A DNA stretch of 64,000 bases from Vicugna vicugna (taxonomy: Eukaryota): contig MU058423.1 of NCBI GenBank assembly GCA_013265495.1, forward strand, positions 4,820,793 to 4,884,792. The letters are read 5' to 3'. The notes under the pieces were generated by a model. It made no database searches. It saw nothing but the letters and a program-made list of their open reading frames with translations, and had not been told where the DNA came from. The position numbers were made by a program, and so were the translations under genes. Shown piece after piece: positions 38,291 through 50,631 of the stretch; position 1 is the stretch's first letter; each line of letters begins with the position of its first letter.

Positions 38291-38480
38291 CAGTGTTTCT
38301 CAAACTTCATTATGAATACGAGCTACCTGGATCTTATGTACTCTTGTTAAAATCTTGGGGTTTTCTTTCTTTTTTTTTTTGTCTGTAGTAGACCTGGTGC
38401 ATGATCTGAAATTCTGCATTCTAACAAGCTCCCAGGTGATAATTGTGCTGGTCTGTGGATCACATTTTAAGTGGTAGGAT
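38291..38480. mobile_element. MER5A-type hAT-Charlie MITE
   Basis: 'cagtgtttctcaaactt...ttctgcattctaacaagctcccaggtgat...gatcacattttaagtg'. Confidence 0.8.
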
Positions 38481-38925
38481 TTTATCCTTCATTGGTTGAC
38501 TTTTAAGCTTCAATGACTCCTATTACTTAATTGATACATACCTATAGTTTTGTTACAAAATTTACTATTTAAATCATATTTGACATATATATTTTTGATC
38601 TCTGTCATTATTTTGGTTGTAGTTCTGCTCTCTAACTCAATTATAATCTGTCTGGGGCAGGAATCTAATTTTGTATTTCCTTATCTCTCATAATGCCTGG
38701 TATGCTTGAGATCAGAGAAAATATTCAATGAGTATTTAACAGGTGATATTCCATGATTTAGGTTTAACTTTGTATAAAGGCTGAAGGGTGTATTATAATA
38801 TTTCTAAGACCCTAATGTAACCATACTAAAGATCAAATGGATTTGTAGATGGTAACCTTCCCATTGAAAGGACTGCTGACTCCCACTTTACAACACACCT
38901 TATTGGTCAATCTCCTTTTTGGTTC

Positions 38926-39559
38926 TGATGCAAGAAAAATGGATGTGGGTCGTGAGGAGGGCCGGATCCCAGGCTTCGGCTGAGCCCCTGGGATGTGCCC
39001 CGCCAAGTGTGGGTCCTTGGCTTCTCACAGGAAAGAATTCAAGAGCGAGCCACAGTTGAGTAAAGGCAGATTTATTTAGAGATCGAAAGGCAAGAGAAAG
39101 GCCATGAGGTGTGGGGATTGGGTGCTCAGATTAGAGTAAAAGTAGGTACACACTCCATAGACAGAACGTGGGCTAACTCTGAAGAGGGAGAGAGAGGGTG
39201 TGGTGGCCACAAGGTGCGGTGTTGCTGGTTTTTATGGGCTTGGTGGCTTCATATGCTAATAAGTGGAAGGACCAGTCCAACTAGCCTGGGGAAGGGTCTG
39301 GGATTCCCAGAAAGTTAGCCATTTCCCGCTCTTTGACCTTTTGTGGTTAGCCTTGGGATTGTCATGGTGCCTGTGGGCATGTTATTCACCATGTTAATAT
39401 ATTACAATGATTGTATAATGAAGCTCAAGGTCTACTGGAAGTTACATCTCCCACCATCCTGAGTCTCAAGGCCTACTGGGGGTTGAATCCTTCTACCATT
39501 TTGATGTTAATTGCTGTAGCATTCCTTGAACGGCTGTGCTCTGCCCCCTTCCTGTCTCA
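38926..39559 (-). mobile_element. ERV1-class solo LTR, same family as 32142-32756
   Basis: The reverse complement aligns end to end with 32142-32756. TG...CA termini; near-TSD gttc (38922-38925) / attc (39560-39563). Confidence 0.9.
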
Positions 39560-42500
39560 ATTCTACTAGTGTTTGAAGCAGATGAAAATGCTCAGTAAGC
39601 AGCAGCAGCTGCAGCTCTCCAGAACCTCTGTCACCATCATAAAGGAGCACTCAGAGAGAGTGCCCGTGGATTAAAAAGGTCTGTGGAGAGAAACCAGTGG
39701 TGTGCCTCGTCTGTAGGAGGTGTTTGTGGGCAACTGTAGGTCTGATAATTTCCACAGTGCCTCTTCTGAACAGAAGCAGGAACTGTGGGCTTCGTTTTAG
39801 TATTTTAAGTAGCCTTAAGCAGTGCATTTCAGATCCCAAAGTGGTCAGACAAACACAGTACCTCCATGTATATTTCATATTTCATAGGTTTGTGTGCTAT
39901 GGCGATTGACTGGCTTTCAGATTTCACATAATTTCATCCCAGGGCCTTGGTGATTTGCTACGGTAATGCAAGTATGTATAAGCACATATACTGTTATTTA
40001 TTACATAAATGCCCACCAAACGCTATCTAGCATCCCCATTTTTACTGCTTTTTTTCTTTGAAACACCTTCTCTCAAGCTGACCTTACAGAAATGTGTTAA
40101 GCTGTCTTCTGAGAGCACTGACTCTTACATGTATAGAGTGAGATTTCTGTCATGTTGCAAAGAGGCCACTTTCCTTGGTGACACGGAGCCATTCTCAACT
40201 GCTTGACGCCTGCAGCTGCCTGCAGCTCTGGGTCTGTCACTGCTATGCATAGAGGACTGCTTTTTGTTTCTCTAACGTGGGTGACTCAGTGTGACAATGG
40301 CAACTAGTTCCCAATACTGAATGAATTATAAAGAAAGCACAGGAAGCCAGAACCCAAGGAGAAAGGTCCTATTTGAAGGATAGTGAAGCTTATTCTAAAC
40401 CAGTGTTTGTCTGTTTTTAATCACAGATGAATAACACCAACGGCGTCATCTCATGCACATTGCCTGTAAGAGTGGGTCTTGAGAGTTCAGTCAGTGCTGA
40501 ACACTTTATTTAGACTGCAAATTATCTAGCTACCTCAGCAGACTGCGAAAGCAACTGGAAGCTTTTCAGCATTTAATTAAGCAGGACAAAAGAAAGCCCC
40601 AATAATAACAGTGTGAAACTGCCAGCGAAGAATTATGAATACAAAGGGAGAAATCATCAGTAATTAACCCCAGTCTGAGACTACAGAGGAGACTCCAAAA
40701 CAAGAGGGGAGCACATGCAAATCATGCTAAATTTGCTTGTCTTGAATGATTGCATTGTGTTTAATTTGACTATAAATTCACAAAAACAGTGGTCCAATTG
40801 CTAGGGGGGGAAAGGCACCAAGTAGCAATTCCCCAAACCTTAGTAAGGGAGGTGAGTTTCACGTCTAGTGTGAGCCTTTCCTCTGCCTTCATGGCTGGAT
40901 TTTTACAAGATTACTTTAAGTATCATCCCCTGCTTAGATATTGTGAGCAGTGGGCGGTGCGGGGGAGGGGGCTTTTAGGGTTGAGAAAGAGGAAATTCTG
41001 CCTTAATAAGTCTACAAAGAAATTCATTGGCATCGTAGGAAAATGCATCTTTCCTCACCACTTGTCAACCTAGAGAGCTTGTCCTCTCTTTTTAAAATTT
41101 AAGCTAATATATTGTCTTCTTTAATGACATCTTTCATGACCCCTAGGATTTGTCTGCTCTTAACATTTCTAACCATCTCTATTAATTAGCAGTCTCACAT
41201 TGGCTTGTGATTATTTATTCTCGATTGTGACTCACTTTTTCAGCTCTTTTAAGGGTGTAGCCTAGATCTAATATTATTAATCCTTGTATTCCACCTCCTA
41301 GCATGGTGCCTGGCCACATGCTAGCTTCGTAATGAAAGTTTTTGAGTTCTGATTTCTGAGTTTTGTACTCCTGTGCTATTATGGACACTGCAAGTGCAAA
41401 TCAGTCACCCAGATTCATGTGACACTTTACTCATAGCACTTATGTATGTTTTTATAGCCCACAGAGTCCACCCTCTTGCTTGAAGAAATTCAAATTTTGA
41501 AAATTTTGGATTTTATTCACCCTGAAAAACTGAGAAAGGAGAGTTTTATCTACTTTTTAAGTAATACAAACCATGTAGACAAATTGGCTTTTCTTAATAT
41601 GCCCATGAAAGATGCACAAGTGGCCCCCTCATATTTCCCTGAGTATGAAATAGCAACTATAATTTTCTTTAAATTTACTCAAAGTTTATAATCCTAATGC
41701 CAGAACTGCTTCCTTAATTATTTTAAATTTGATTTTTGTCTGAAGTGCCAGTTTATTGTTGGAATGTTATCTATTGTTCAGTAAACTTACTTGTAATTTA
41801 AATAAATGACACATCCTCAGGTTTTATAGTGAGTCAAAGTATATTTTTTAAATGGGGGTATTACTTTGAAAATAATTTTTTAAAGCATAGTTAAAACTGT
41901 TATTTTGAGAATTAAAGGGAATTTGGCCTAATGATTGTTTAAACAAATTCCTGTGCTAATAGCACTGTACCATTGTAAATATCAGCTCTGAATGACATTA
42001 CATATTTCAGTAAAAATAACCCCCTGGTAATTGTTCCTTGACTCTTATTCTTTAACTTATTATGAATTGGGATTAGTCTCAGTTGTTTAATTTTCCTGCC
42101 TCTGTTCAAACTGTTCTCTCCTCCTGGAATACCCTTCCTTCATATCTTTGTCTGTTTAAATCCGAGCCATTATTTAAGTTTCAGCTTAATAGTCAGTCAT
42201 ATAGGGTGTGCCAGCCTGGTGCCTTACCTTTGCAGGCATTCACTAAGCATCCACAGGTTCTCCCTCTTCCAGGAAGGATTTATAGTCCATTCAATAGCTA
42301 TTTTTCCTTCTAGTGTATGCCTCTAGTTACTGCACTAAACATTCATTTAATAATACAAATTCAACTAAAACTGCATGGATGGAAATTGGGGATAAAGAGA
42401 GAGAGAGAAAGAGACAGAAAGACAGAGAGGGAAATATTCATTTTAAATAGAGGATGATTCATATTACCCAACTGTATCTCATTCCATTCAAAGCAAATGT

Positions 42501-42944
42501 CCTGACAGAGCATGAGTTCCCAGACAGGTTCCCTTAGCTGTTCTCAGTTACTAACATCTCAGGAAGTAGGATCTTACCATCATGCTGGATTCACTCAACA
42601 TGGTCCCTATACACAGGCTTATATTTGATCTGATGATCAACCAATAAAATAATGATCTGTTCCAACACTGAAGAGAATCCTGGTGGAACAGGATATAACA
42701 AACAACTCAGTCTTTAACAAAGATACCTTCCTAAAGGGTTTTCTGGAAAGCGTTTAAACGATATACTATTTTCCTCTAACTTACTGACTTTATATTCTAA
42801 CCTTCAGTGAAATGTGAATTCATTGTATCATGTTACAAATACTTCTTTGCATATATATTTTCTCTGTTAGACTGTTATAATAGAGTAACTTAATGCTTTC
42901 AATTCTCATCTTCTTCCTCTCATCAACTTACACTTCCACACCTT

Positions 42945-43200
42945 TGTCGTGGCTTGACGGCGACCAGAGTTTACTTCCTCAGTCTTTGCTGTTGGTGTTA
43001 ATAGTGACTTGACACAAGCAAAGACTTTAAATATGGCTTTTTCTCTTGGGTTCTTATGATTCACCATGAGAAACACAGGGTTCTGATAGCAACCAGCCCA
43101 AGAATAAACCCTTGGAGCAGTCCTGAACCCATCCTGTAGCCTGGAGTAGAGTCATCTGATCCTAGCCAAGTTCATCAGCACCACAGCCAGTCAACTGTGG
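42945..43200 (+). mobile_element. Old MLT1 (H/I/J-like) LTR fragment
   Basis: 'caccatgagaaac', 'tggagcagtcctgaacccatcctgtagcctggag'. Confidence 0.5.
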
Positions 43201-43204
43201 TAAA

Positions 43205-43572
43205 TCATCATTTCCTCATCTACGTAGGGGTGATAATGATGGTGGTGGTGGTGTTAGTTTGATACATGTACCACAGCACTTCTGCACGTATTAAATGAGT
43301 CACTGTGTATCTTAGAACAGTATCTGACACAAAGTAAGTAGTCTATATGTGTCAATCATCATCATTACCATTTTAAAGCATGGCTTAGTCACTTTAAATA
43401 TAGTATTTCAACATTAAAACTTTATGAGATAGATACTATCATTATTTCCATTTAGCAGATGAAAAACTAAGGAATAGAGAGTTAAATGTTTTACCCGAGG
43501 TCTTATGCTATTAAATAGCCAGTGAGACTTAGAAGAAGGCTTACTGACTCTGGAATCAACTCTTAACCACTA
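43205..43572. mobile_element. Two MIR fragments, tail to tail (+ then -)
   Basis: 'tttcctcatctacgtaggggtgataat...ttagaacagtatctgacacaaagtaagt', then 'ccatttagcagatgaaaaactaagg'. Confidence 0.7.
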
Positions 43573-44865
43573 ATTCATCTTCTTTATGTCACTTTTGCTA
43601 CTTACCACACATGTATACCTTAAGGCAATGTGGAACAGAACCAGCTAACTGCCAAAATAGAAGGGAACAGGGGAAATGACAAAGAACAGAAAAAGAATAA
43701 TATCTCAAAATATTATCTAGCTGCACTAAGATTGTTGAGTAACCATAATGATTTTTACTTTCAGTTTAGTTCTAAGGGGGAGCATAACAACATTTAGAAA
43801 GTCTGTTCTCATGAATTTCCTTCTTTAAATGGAGTTCTAGGAGCCAACACAGAAGACTGAGATATTCAAAAAAGAAGGAAAGCAAAGGTTTGCCTCTTTG
43901 CAAACCAAAGTTATTAAAAATATTCACTTATTTGTATATGTATCCTTGTTACAGTAGAATTTCAAGGCAAGTGAAGGATTCTTTGTTGGAATACTGTATT
44001 TTAAATTCTAATACTTATTCTCCAGGAGAGGTAAGGACATTGAATTTCCTTATGGAATCAAGTCTCTGGTTTAGGTAACCCAGTTCTTTGTCTAATGTCA
44101 AGATAGATAGACTAATTTTCAACCAATAGCTATTTTCTAAGCTGCCTTGTTTCCCCAAAGTTATTAGCAGTTGAGTGTAGAAGGGAAGCAAATACGGAAG
44201 CATCTGTACTAGGATTGTAGGTTTTTCCACAGGAGAGCATTTCTTGTTACATTTCAAAGTTATGCTGGGATCCCAACAGAGTCTCACTGACCAGCAGGAC
44301 CTACAAGCCCATGGGGTGGTTAACATTGGTGGCATCTCCCTTAGTGAAGGGAGAACCGTCAGTTATTCTGGCAGATGTCTTGACGTGACCAGTGCATTAG
44401 AATATTTTGGTTAGTGTCTTTTCTAGAAGAGAGAGCTCCCTACAATTTTAAAGGTCATGATCCAGTATCTATGACATCTTGCCCAAGGTTTGAAACAGAG
44501 CTCACCTGGGGCCAGACCATGATTGTAGCTCACTATACATCAGTCATTAGGTGGAGAAAGACAGCTGTGGCCAGGACCTCCTAGTCCACCTATGGGTTAA
44601 GGTCTTCAGCTGCCTGTTCAGTGGTAGAGCAATTTGTCCAACATTCATAAACACTAATTATTATCTGTACTCTGTATATTTGGATTTTAGGAGCTTTGGA
44701 AGGAATCTGAAAAGTGGACATCCTATCCTAAGGACCAGGACCAGTGTCCCTACCATGAGTCCAAAGATAATAAATCTTCCCACATGACGTTTAGGGGTCT
44801 AGAAAGAGTCAACTCTGCAATTGCTTGAGATTTCTGCCAGTTGAAGAGAAGTCAAGATACGAAAG

Positions 44866-45456
44866 TGAAAGGTAGCAGAATAAACCATCCCGAAATGTGA
44901 CTGTAGGCATTCAGGACATGCCACAGCAAAACATGCTGCTTTGGTATATTGATTATTTTGAGCTGTAGGCACTTGAAAAACAGCAAATTCAGAGAGAGGT
45001 TTCTTCTGAACTTCCCTTATCTGCCTAAAGACAAGTCCTCCAAAAAGAATTCAGTTGTCATAAATCCTCTACCTGGGAGTTTCATCAACCAGAAAAGAGT
45101 GACTCATCACAGGAGAGGAGACCAGAAGTCAACACCACTCCCAGATAAGCTTTGACATGAACTGTCACATGTCCCATCTATTCTTCTAAGTGCCTATTCA
45201 TCTTTCCTAAAATCATTTACTCTCCCCTAAGAGCCTACATCCCTCCTCCCCTTTCAGTATTCGGATGGTACTTCAGTCTGAATACTAAGCTACTTTGGGG
45301 AGCTAATTACCCTTCCCTGCCTATTTCCGAGGCACACATGAGATATTTGTGTTAATAAACTTCTGTTTACTTTTCTCTTGTTAATCTGTATTTTACTATA
45401 GGGGTCTCAGCTAAGAACTCAGAAGGGTAGGTGAAAAATTGTTTTCCTCCCTCACA
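44866..45456 (+). mobile_element. MER34-family ERV1 solo LTR
   Basis: 'gattattttgagctgtaggcacttgaaaaacagca', 'aataaacttctgtttacttttctcttgttaatctgt', ending 'tttcctccctcaca'; starts TG. Confidence 0.85.
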
Positions 45457-46339
45457 AAGGCATATTCCACTCCTCATCATTCTTTCCTTCTGCAGTGGTA
45501 GAATTAAAAGTGGTATTAGGTCGTATCCAAGGGAGGAGGAAACCAAGGCTCTGCATCACCTTTTGTTATCAAAATGGAATTTCCCTTTTGTTTGGAGTGC
45601 AAATGTATTGTTGCCATTATTTAATTATGAGGATGATACTGCACAATACAATAAGCTGGGACATATTCTTCTAAATGCCCAGGGGAAAAAAAAATAACAA
45701 CTATGCAATCCCACCGCAGCACATACTATAGTATCTCTTTGGCACTGAGATTTTTCAGTAGCATTTTTTTCTTTCCTTTCTAATGTGGAAAAAAATCGCT
45801 AAAATCAAAGTTTTCCTTTTGGTGGCTATGCTATAATTCTGCTAAGGCATTTTAGTAGATGGGTCTTTTGACCTATAATAATATCACAAGAAAAAAACAA
45901 AATCTAGTCAAAGCATGAAAATGTAGATAAGAGAAATAAACCTAATTGACAAGAAGAGATTTTGAGGAGGGTTTCTAATAACTGACGAAATGACAGGGTT
46001 TTATATAAAAGGATCTCTAGAACTGGGGGTGGGGTGGGAGAGACATCACAATAAAAGTGTATACTTACAGAGAAAGCAGGTATTTACAGAGAAAAGAGAA
46101 ATTTTCAGAAAGCTTCTCCAATTGAGGAAGATTACTAACTACTAAATTCTAAGAGGCTGTGGTTCTTCCCTGTTGCCTGAATCTCCCCATGATAATAGAG
46201 ATATGAACTCCTTTGTTCTGGCTTGATTCCCCTGACCACAAGACATAAGGAGAAAAACACTGTGGCAAGCATTTAGAAAGCCATGCTATCCTTGGGACAT
46301 TTTGCAAATTCCTTCATTTTACTTCTTCTTTGCTGAATA

Positions 46340-46583
46340 TAGTTGACCCTTGAATAACGTGAGTTTAGGGATGCTGACCTTCTGCCGAGTCAGAAATCCG
46401 AGTATAACTTTTAAGTATTACTTACAATTGCCCCTCAGTATATGTGGTTCCTCCATGTCCGCAGTTCCACATCCACAGATTCAACCAATCATAGATCGTG
46501 TAGCGCTGTAATAGTTACTGTTGAAAAAGATGCACGTAAGTGGACCTGCATAATTCAAGACCCTGTTGTTCAAGGGTCAACTG
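46340..46583. mobile_element. MER8 Tigger (TcMar) MITE, full length
   Basis: Terminal inverted repeats 'agttgacccttgaataac' / 'gttgttcaagggtcaactg', TA on the left flank, length about 244 bp. Confidence 0.9.
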
Positions 46584-46973
46584 TGCAGGGTACCCAGTTA
46601 AGGCTCTGAAGAAGCATTGTGACGTGCTGTGATCAAACAGCCCATCCAGTTCAGTTCACATACATTCAAATGATGACTGTGCTTCTAGGTCACTGTACAA
46701 GGCAGACTTACCCCCCAGAGTAAATCCTTTCCGGGTTGGTTGGGTTTGCCTCTGACGGCCACTGGCCTGATGATTTTTCTGAACCTGGCCTTGGGAAACA
46801 GAAGCAGCCTGTGCCAGTGAAACAGAACTTTTAGGTGAGCCTTAGAACTGCCAGCCCTTTCTTCCAGCACATTTGGCCAAATAATTTCTTTCATTTGTAT
46901 TAGGTCCAGGGGCCCAGGGCTATTGGGCAGAGGAGAGAAAGATGGGACCCATTTTCTGTTTGGTTCCAAAGGG

Positions 46974-47139
46974 CAGTGGTTGTCAGACCGTGCATCCGGA
47001 TCGCGTGGGGAGCTTGCTGGCGCACAGACTGCCCGGCTCTACTTCCAGTGTTTGATTCAGAGAATCTGAAATAAAACCTGTGGTCTTCCAGGTGATGCTG
47101 ACGGGTGCTTGTCTGGGGACCACAGTCTAGAAACCATTA
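46974..47139. mobile_element. MER5A-type MITE
   Basis: 'cagtggttgtcaga...ccaggtgatgctga...ggggaccacagtctagaaaccatt'. Confidence 0.7.
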
Positions 47140-47588
47140 CAACAGGGCAGATAGAAGTTGTTCTCAGAGTTCAAGTGTTTTCCTGGGTGTGGGGCTCAGA
47201 CTTTGCACTCTGGTTGCCTGTAAGGGAATGGAAGGCTCGGCCACCAAGGCTGGAATATATGTGTAGTTTGGGAGCCGGAGAGACCGAGGCCTCTTAAGGC
47301 TGACTATTCAGATGGAATCTTTTGTAGCAGTTTGCTTATATGATGCATCTTCACTTAATATCAGGCTCAAATACTCTGTATAGTTTTTTTTTTTTAATAG
47401 GGGATGATTAAGAAGCTATTTCAGCCACTGTCTATGTTTGGAAACATTTGGGGGAAATGAAAGGGGAAAAAGGTCTGGTTTGAGCTGTGGGCATTCCAGG
47501 TCAGGAGATGCTAGGCAGATCTTCTGCCTGGAAACAGTTGCAACAATTATACTTGTCATTTACTTAACTTTTTCTAAATTTCCTCAGT

Positions 47589-47655
47589 TTCTTTCCTTCC
47601 TTCCTTCCTTCCTTCCTTCTTCCCTCCAACCTTTTCTTCCTTCCTCTCTTCTTTT
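47589..47655. repeat. (TTCC)n polypyrimidine simple repeat
   Basis: ttccttccttcc... decaying to the right. Confidence 0.9.
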
Positions 47656-47689
47656 TTCCTTATACAGACACGCACAAGTAAAGTAAGTA

Positions 47690-47838
47690 CAGTTGGCCCT
47701 CAGTATCTCTGGATGGAATTCACAGTTGGTTGAATCTGTAGGTATGGAGGGGACAGTAAGGGACTTTATCGTCTGTGGATTTTGGTAGCTGCAAGGTGTC
47801 CTGGAACCAGTACCCCTCAGATACTCAGTCAAGACTAT
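47690..47838. mobile_element. Tigger3/MER2-type MITE remnant
   Basis: 'tacagttggccctcagtatct...gtggattttggta...gtcctggaaccagtacccctcagatac'. Confidence 0.7.
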
Positions 47839-49983
47839 AAGACATTTTTAAGAAGTAAATGACATATACTTAAAATATATAGAAAAAAATTATCACTATC
47901 TTTAGGATGCGTATCTGCAAAATTTCAATCATTAAGAAAGCATGCTAAAAAAACTAAACACTCAATTTTCTAACTCTGAAAGATTTGCTCCTTTTACCAT
48001 TCCATTGGGAGTACATCCAAAAAACACACACACACCACACACACACACACAAAACTCTTTTTCCTTCTAAGTAGGTAACCATTTAGCTTCTGACATGAAA
48101 TGGCTAATAACCATCACTTCCTTTTCAAAAGATTGAAATTACTGTTGAAGGCATGGTTAATTTTTAATGTGTTATCTCCAAAAGTTAGACTAACTTTTAC
48201 AAACTCAAGTCAGAAACTAAAACGGTTGTGATCCCATGGACAGATGACATCCATTGAAATGTATTTTTTTCTTCAAGGTGATTGATGTCATTTTCTATTA
48301 AAGTGACCTTTGCTAGAAATGTTTTTCTTGTAATGATTTCCTGTCCTTTGGGCTCAGCAACCAGAAAAGAAAACCCAGCTTAAGCCTTTCAGCTGCTTGA
48401 TGGTGAAGCAAGAAGGGAAGCTGACTCTGGAGTGAAGCACAGCTGAGGTGCTGGGTGAGAGCCTGACCCACACCAGCCTTCGAGCTCCCGACACCACTGC
48501 CCTCTTTGGGCATCTCAGAGAGATTCATGAGACTAAAGGAGTCCCTCTTCCCTTTCTGTTGTGAAGCCTGTGTGGCCATGAGGGCTACGCTCTTAGAATT
48601 CCAGATGAAAATGGTAACATAATCTGTAACAAGTGTAGAAACGTAAGTATGTGCAGGATGGCAAAAGGGCTCTAATCTAGAGAAGAATTAGGCAAACAGG
48701 AGGCTGATATCCAGACAGGAAAGACCAGTGTAGGGGATGGGGTGGGAATATACACATACAACTTGAAATAGCTTGCTATCCTAGGATCAGTGATTAGAGG
48801 ATCAGAATGTGTGTACATGTATGTGTATGTGTGCCTTCATGTGCATGTGTGTGTGTGTATGTTGTAAAAACTGGCATTATCTGGTGTGTCATTCTCTGTC
48901 ATTCTTTGTCAAGTCTTCTCCTAACTTAACCTCTGTTTCCTGGGCCTTCTCCTCTGTATCATATTCCACCTCCTCCTGTCTGGAGTTCAACACGAACTGT
49001 AGTATAGAAATCCCTCAATAGATGACTCGCTGCATCTTAGAAACTGTGACTCCAGTTCCTCTGTACGTCTGCAGGTCATACGACTTTTCTGACCCGTGTA
49101 TTTAGTACCATAGGGAATGTTGGGAAGACACCAGCATTTCTTGGATTTTCAGAGTGATTTAAATTTTAATTGTGATGGAGGCTTCTTTTCCTGTAGCATG
49201 TATGCCTGTGTTTATTATTCTGACGCGCGAGGCAGAATCATTTCTGTGTTAGCCTTGTCTGAAACGAAGTGGCTGTGACCCGAGTCTCAGGCATTCTTGT
49301 TTCTCTAGGAGGTGAACTAGGAGTAAACAGAAGCAGACAACTAGATCTACTTTTTAGTAATGGTCTGTGGTAAGCAGTCATTATGATTTACAAGTTAAAA
49401 TCTATTCCATTACTTATAGAAAGAGCATCTACAGACAGAGTCATCTGGAAGAGTATTGATGGTCATCTTTCTCATCATACTTCATGCTGGATCAACTAAA
49501 TCTACCCTGCCTTTCAACACACACACACAAGCGCACGCACACACACACATTTGTTACTACTCTTTTCTTCGGGATAAGAAATACCAATAATAAATACAAA
49601 ACAATGCATGATTTTTTTTCTCACTTAAACTTATGCTTGAATGTTTGGGAGGTCCTCCTTTAGCTGAAACATTATGCACTTTGCTCAGCTTACCACCTCC
49701 TCTCCCTGTAAATATTTATCCTTGATATTTACATATAGATCCTACCTGAATTTGAATGTGTTGAGGTAGAGAGTAGTAGGATGAAGCCATAGCAGGAGCT
49801 TTTGTCTGGTACTTGAATCTGAGATGATTTCAGGGACAGATACACTATATCCTTATATCAGAGACATTGAATGCACAAATCTTAAACACAATCCAAATTG
49901 ACTTATGCCAACTGAACTCATTTCAGACAGCTCTAAAAGGAAATGAAAGCAACAGTTTTGTTGCAGAAGGATCTGGAGTTCAA

Positions 49984-50033
<50 letters not shown>

Positions 50034-50189
50034 GACTATATATATATATATTTATAAATATATATATANNNNNNNNNNNNNNNNNNNNNNNNNNNNNNNN
50101 NNNNNNNNNNNNNNNNNNNNNNNNNNNNCTGGAGTTCAATATATGTGTGTGTGTGTGTGTATGTGTGTGTATATATATATATATATATA
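49984..50189. repeat. (TG)n(TA)n compound microsatellite on both sides of a 60-N assembly gap (50069-50128)
   Basis: Directly visible; 'ctggagttcaat' precedes both copies (49973 and 50129). Confidence 0.95.
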
Positions 50190-50249
50190 CACAGCCCCCC
50201 CCAAGTCTGGAAAAGTTGAAGAAGAGTGAAAAAGAAAGAAAAGTAGGCG

Positions 50250-50631
50250 AGCTCCTGGGTCTGTTCAGGATCCTCTACTGGAGAACCATGGACTGGATGG
50301 CTTGTCAACCATCGAAACTTATTTCTCATGGTTCTGGAGACAGGAAGTCTGAAATGAGGGGGCCAGCGTGGTTGAGTTCGGGTGAGAGCCCTCTACCAGG
50401 CTGCAGACTGCAGACTTCTTGCATCCACACGTGGTGGAGAGCAGACAGCAGAAGCAAGCTCTCCATGAATCTCATAAGGGCAATCCTATCATTCCTGAGG
50501 GTGTCCCCCACCGTGGGACCCCATCTTCCATCCTGACTGTTTACCAGAGACCCCACCTCTTAATACAATCACCTTGAGGGGCAGAGTTTCAACATATAAG
50601 TTTTGGACAGGCACAAACATTCAGTCTAACA
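50250..50631 (-). mobile_element. MLT1A-type MaLR solo LTR
   Basis: 'aaacttatttctcatggttctggag', 'ggtgagagccctct', 'ccccacctcttaatacaatcaccttg', 'cacaaacattcagtctaaca'. Confidence 0.88.

Noticed and set aside
32142..39559. Full provirus or composite transposon bounded by the two LTRs
   Set aside because: The LTRs are inverted rather than direct, each has its own TSD, and the interval holds MIR, L2, MER5 and other old repeats with no gag/pol/env.
44000..44040. Possible 5-nt micro-exon (ttctccag|GAGAG|gtaagg)
   Set aside because: Short pyrimidine tract, not frame-preserving, and no supporting gene context.
49943..50536. Longest ORF (197 aa)
   Set aside because: It runs through microsatellites, an N gap and an MLT1 LTR, so it is an artefact.
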